From a virus (taxonomy: Duplodnaviria > Caudoviricetes): a DNA stretch of 43,585 nucleotides. Position 1 is the first letter of the stretch. Each line of letters begins with the position of its first letter. A program made the position numbers and the translations under genes. A model generated the notes under the pieces. It was not told where the DNA came from. It saw only the letters and a program-made list of their open reading frames with translations, and did no database searches. The DNA is taken from positions 1-43,585 of the IMG/VR virus record IMGVR_UViG_3300032306_000120, one strand, 5' to 3'. Below, piece after piece: positions 42,520-43,585 of this stretch.

Positions 42520-43545
42520 TCAGATGGCGGTTTCGGTGTTGGTGAGAGCGTCGCACTTGCGGAGCGGGACACCCATGAACGACAGGAACGAGTGCGGCTT
42601 GCCGAACTGCGTCAGGCCTTGCTCGATGTTCATCACGCCGAGCAACTTCTCCATCGCGATGCGCGACATGGCAGCGTGCACGGTGCGGTTCATGTAGAAC
42701 GCGCAACGGCCGGCAGTCATGTTCGGCAGCTTGTAGATGGCCTGCGCCATCTGGTGGATGATGTTCTTGTAGCTGGTGACACCGCCGGCAACGTCAGCAA
42801 GACCCGTCAGGTCGACGGTGTCGATGTTGCAGATGCGGACGACGTATCGCCAATCCTTGACCACGAGACCGCACTTCCACTGGTAGCGCGTGCTCAAGGC
42901 CTGCATGCGGAGATCGCCGTTGTAGACGGTCTGCTCGCCGAGGTCTTCGTGCACGAGACCAGCCTTGCTTCCCTTCGGGAAGATGCCGTAGACCGTCTGG
43001 TCGCCCCAGCACACGAGGTAGATCGACGTGCATGCGGAGCTAGCAGTCGGCGAGTTTTCGACCTTGAGGATGTTGGTCCCGTTTGCCGCCGAAGGCGTGT
43101 TGTAGCGGTAGCGCAAGCCGAGGAACCGCTTGGTATCGACAGATGGGTCACCGTCGAAAAGACCCAACGCCATCTGTTGGTTCATCGCCTCAAGGAACGC
43201 CGCGTCTTCCGACAAACGGAACTGCGCCGTGTTGCCGTTGAGCATCGCGAGATCCTTGTCGACCTCACTACGCGCCTCGATGATCGCACAGCCTTCGTCG
43301 ACCTGAGCCGTCGTCGACTTGCTGTTCGGGATGCCCTGGTTGAGGGAACGGTAGTAGACGTCGGGGAGACCCGTGCGAATGACGACGCGCTCGCCCGTCG
43401 GGAGGTTGCCCTCACGCCAGACCATGTCCGTCACGATCTCGTTCGTCTGCGAGAGGAGCTCGCCGATCACAGGGATGTTGCCGTCTGGATCGATACGCTT
43501 CGTCCAGTCCGTCAACGTCAGGTTGTTAGTGCCAATGATTGCCAT
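42520..43545 (-). CDS. Major capsid protein (BPP-1/epsilon15 type)
   Basis: Motifs LTLTDWTKRIDPDG, ELLSQTNEI, RTGLP, SEVDKDLA, FRLSEDAAFLEAMNQ, GLVVKDWRYVVRICNID and FMGVPLRKCDAL. Confidence 0.95.
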   Translation of the reverse strand: MAIIGTNNLTLTDWTKRIDPDGNIPVIGELLSQTNEIVTDMVWREGNLPTGERVVIRTGLPDVYYRSLNQGIPNSKSTTAQVDEGCAIIEARSEVDKDLAMLNGNTAQFRLSEDAAFLEAMNQQMALGLFDGDPSVDTKRFLGLRYRYNTPSAANGTNILKVENSPTASSACTSIYLVCWGDQTVYGIFPKGSKAGLVHEDLGEQTVYNGDLRMQALSTRYQWKCGLVVKDWRYVVRICNIDTVDLTGLADVAGGVTSYKNIIHQMAQAIYKLPNMTAGRCAFYMNRTVHAAMSRIAMEKLLGVMNIEQGLTQFGKPHSFLSFMGVPLRKCDALTNTETAI

Positions 43546-43554
43546 CTGTCACAC

Positions 43555-43584
43555 CTAGCTTTGGTTGGGGTAAAGCGCGCGGGC
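43555..43584 (-). CDS. Scaffolding protein C-terminal fragment
   Basis: Reads ARALYPNQS*, the typical ...LYP ending of these scaffolds, 9 nt upstream of the MCP ATG. Confidence 0.65.
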   Translation of the reverse strand, partial: ARALYPNQS

Positions 43585-43585
43585 A

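Noticed and set aside
1-43585. Diversity-generating retroelement, expected from the BPP-1-like structural genes
   Set aside because: No reverse transcriptase motifs, no Avd-like gene, and no TR/VR pair differing at adenines was noticed.

Overview
This looks like a near-complete, circularly permuted, GC-rich dsDNA podovirus-type phage genome (43.6 kb). Its virion module resembles the BPP-1/epsilon15/phiV10 group. Almost all genes are on the minus strand. Read in transcription order across the window ends, the virion genes are: terS, four inserted genes, terL, a GNAT protein bracketed by two paralogous small genes, portal, two accessory proteins, a Bbp19-like protein, scaffold (split across the two ends), major capsid, cement protein, a galactose/glyoxal-oxidase-like copper radical oxidase, tail adaptor, nozzle, three internal/ejection proteins (the last is 4115 aa and polyvalent), and two small membrane/lipoprotein genes. 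The 9.4-16.7 kb region holds small early genes, including an Ocr-like DNA mimic, behind repeated promoter/leader cassettes. A ~0.5 kb structured non-coding stretch contains a CCA-ending tRNA-like element with an abnormal anticodon domain. The only plus-strand operon encodes an exonuclease and an ERF annealing protein. I could not recognise a DNA polymerase, helicase, primase, integrase, repressor, endolysin, canonical tail fibre, reverse transcriptase or CRISPR array. The strongest novelty candidates are the copper radical oxidase inside the virion operon (with other metal- and glycan-binding hints nearby), the tRNA-like RNA, and the enzyme cargo of the giant ejection protein. All family calls come from motif recognition by eye; no searches were run.
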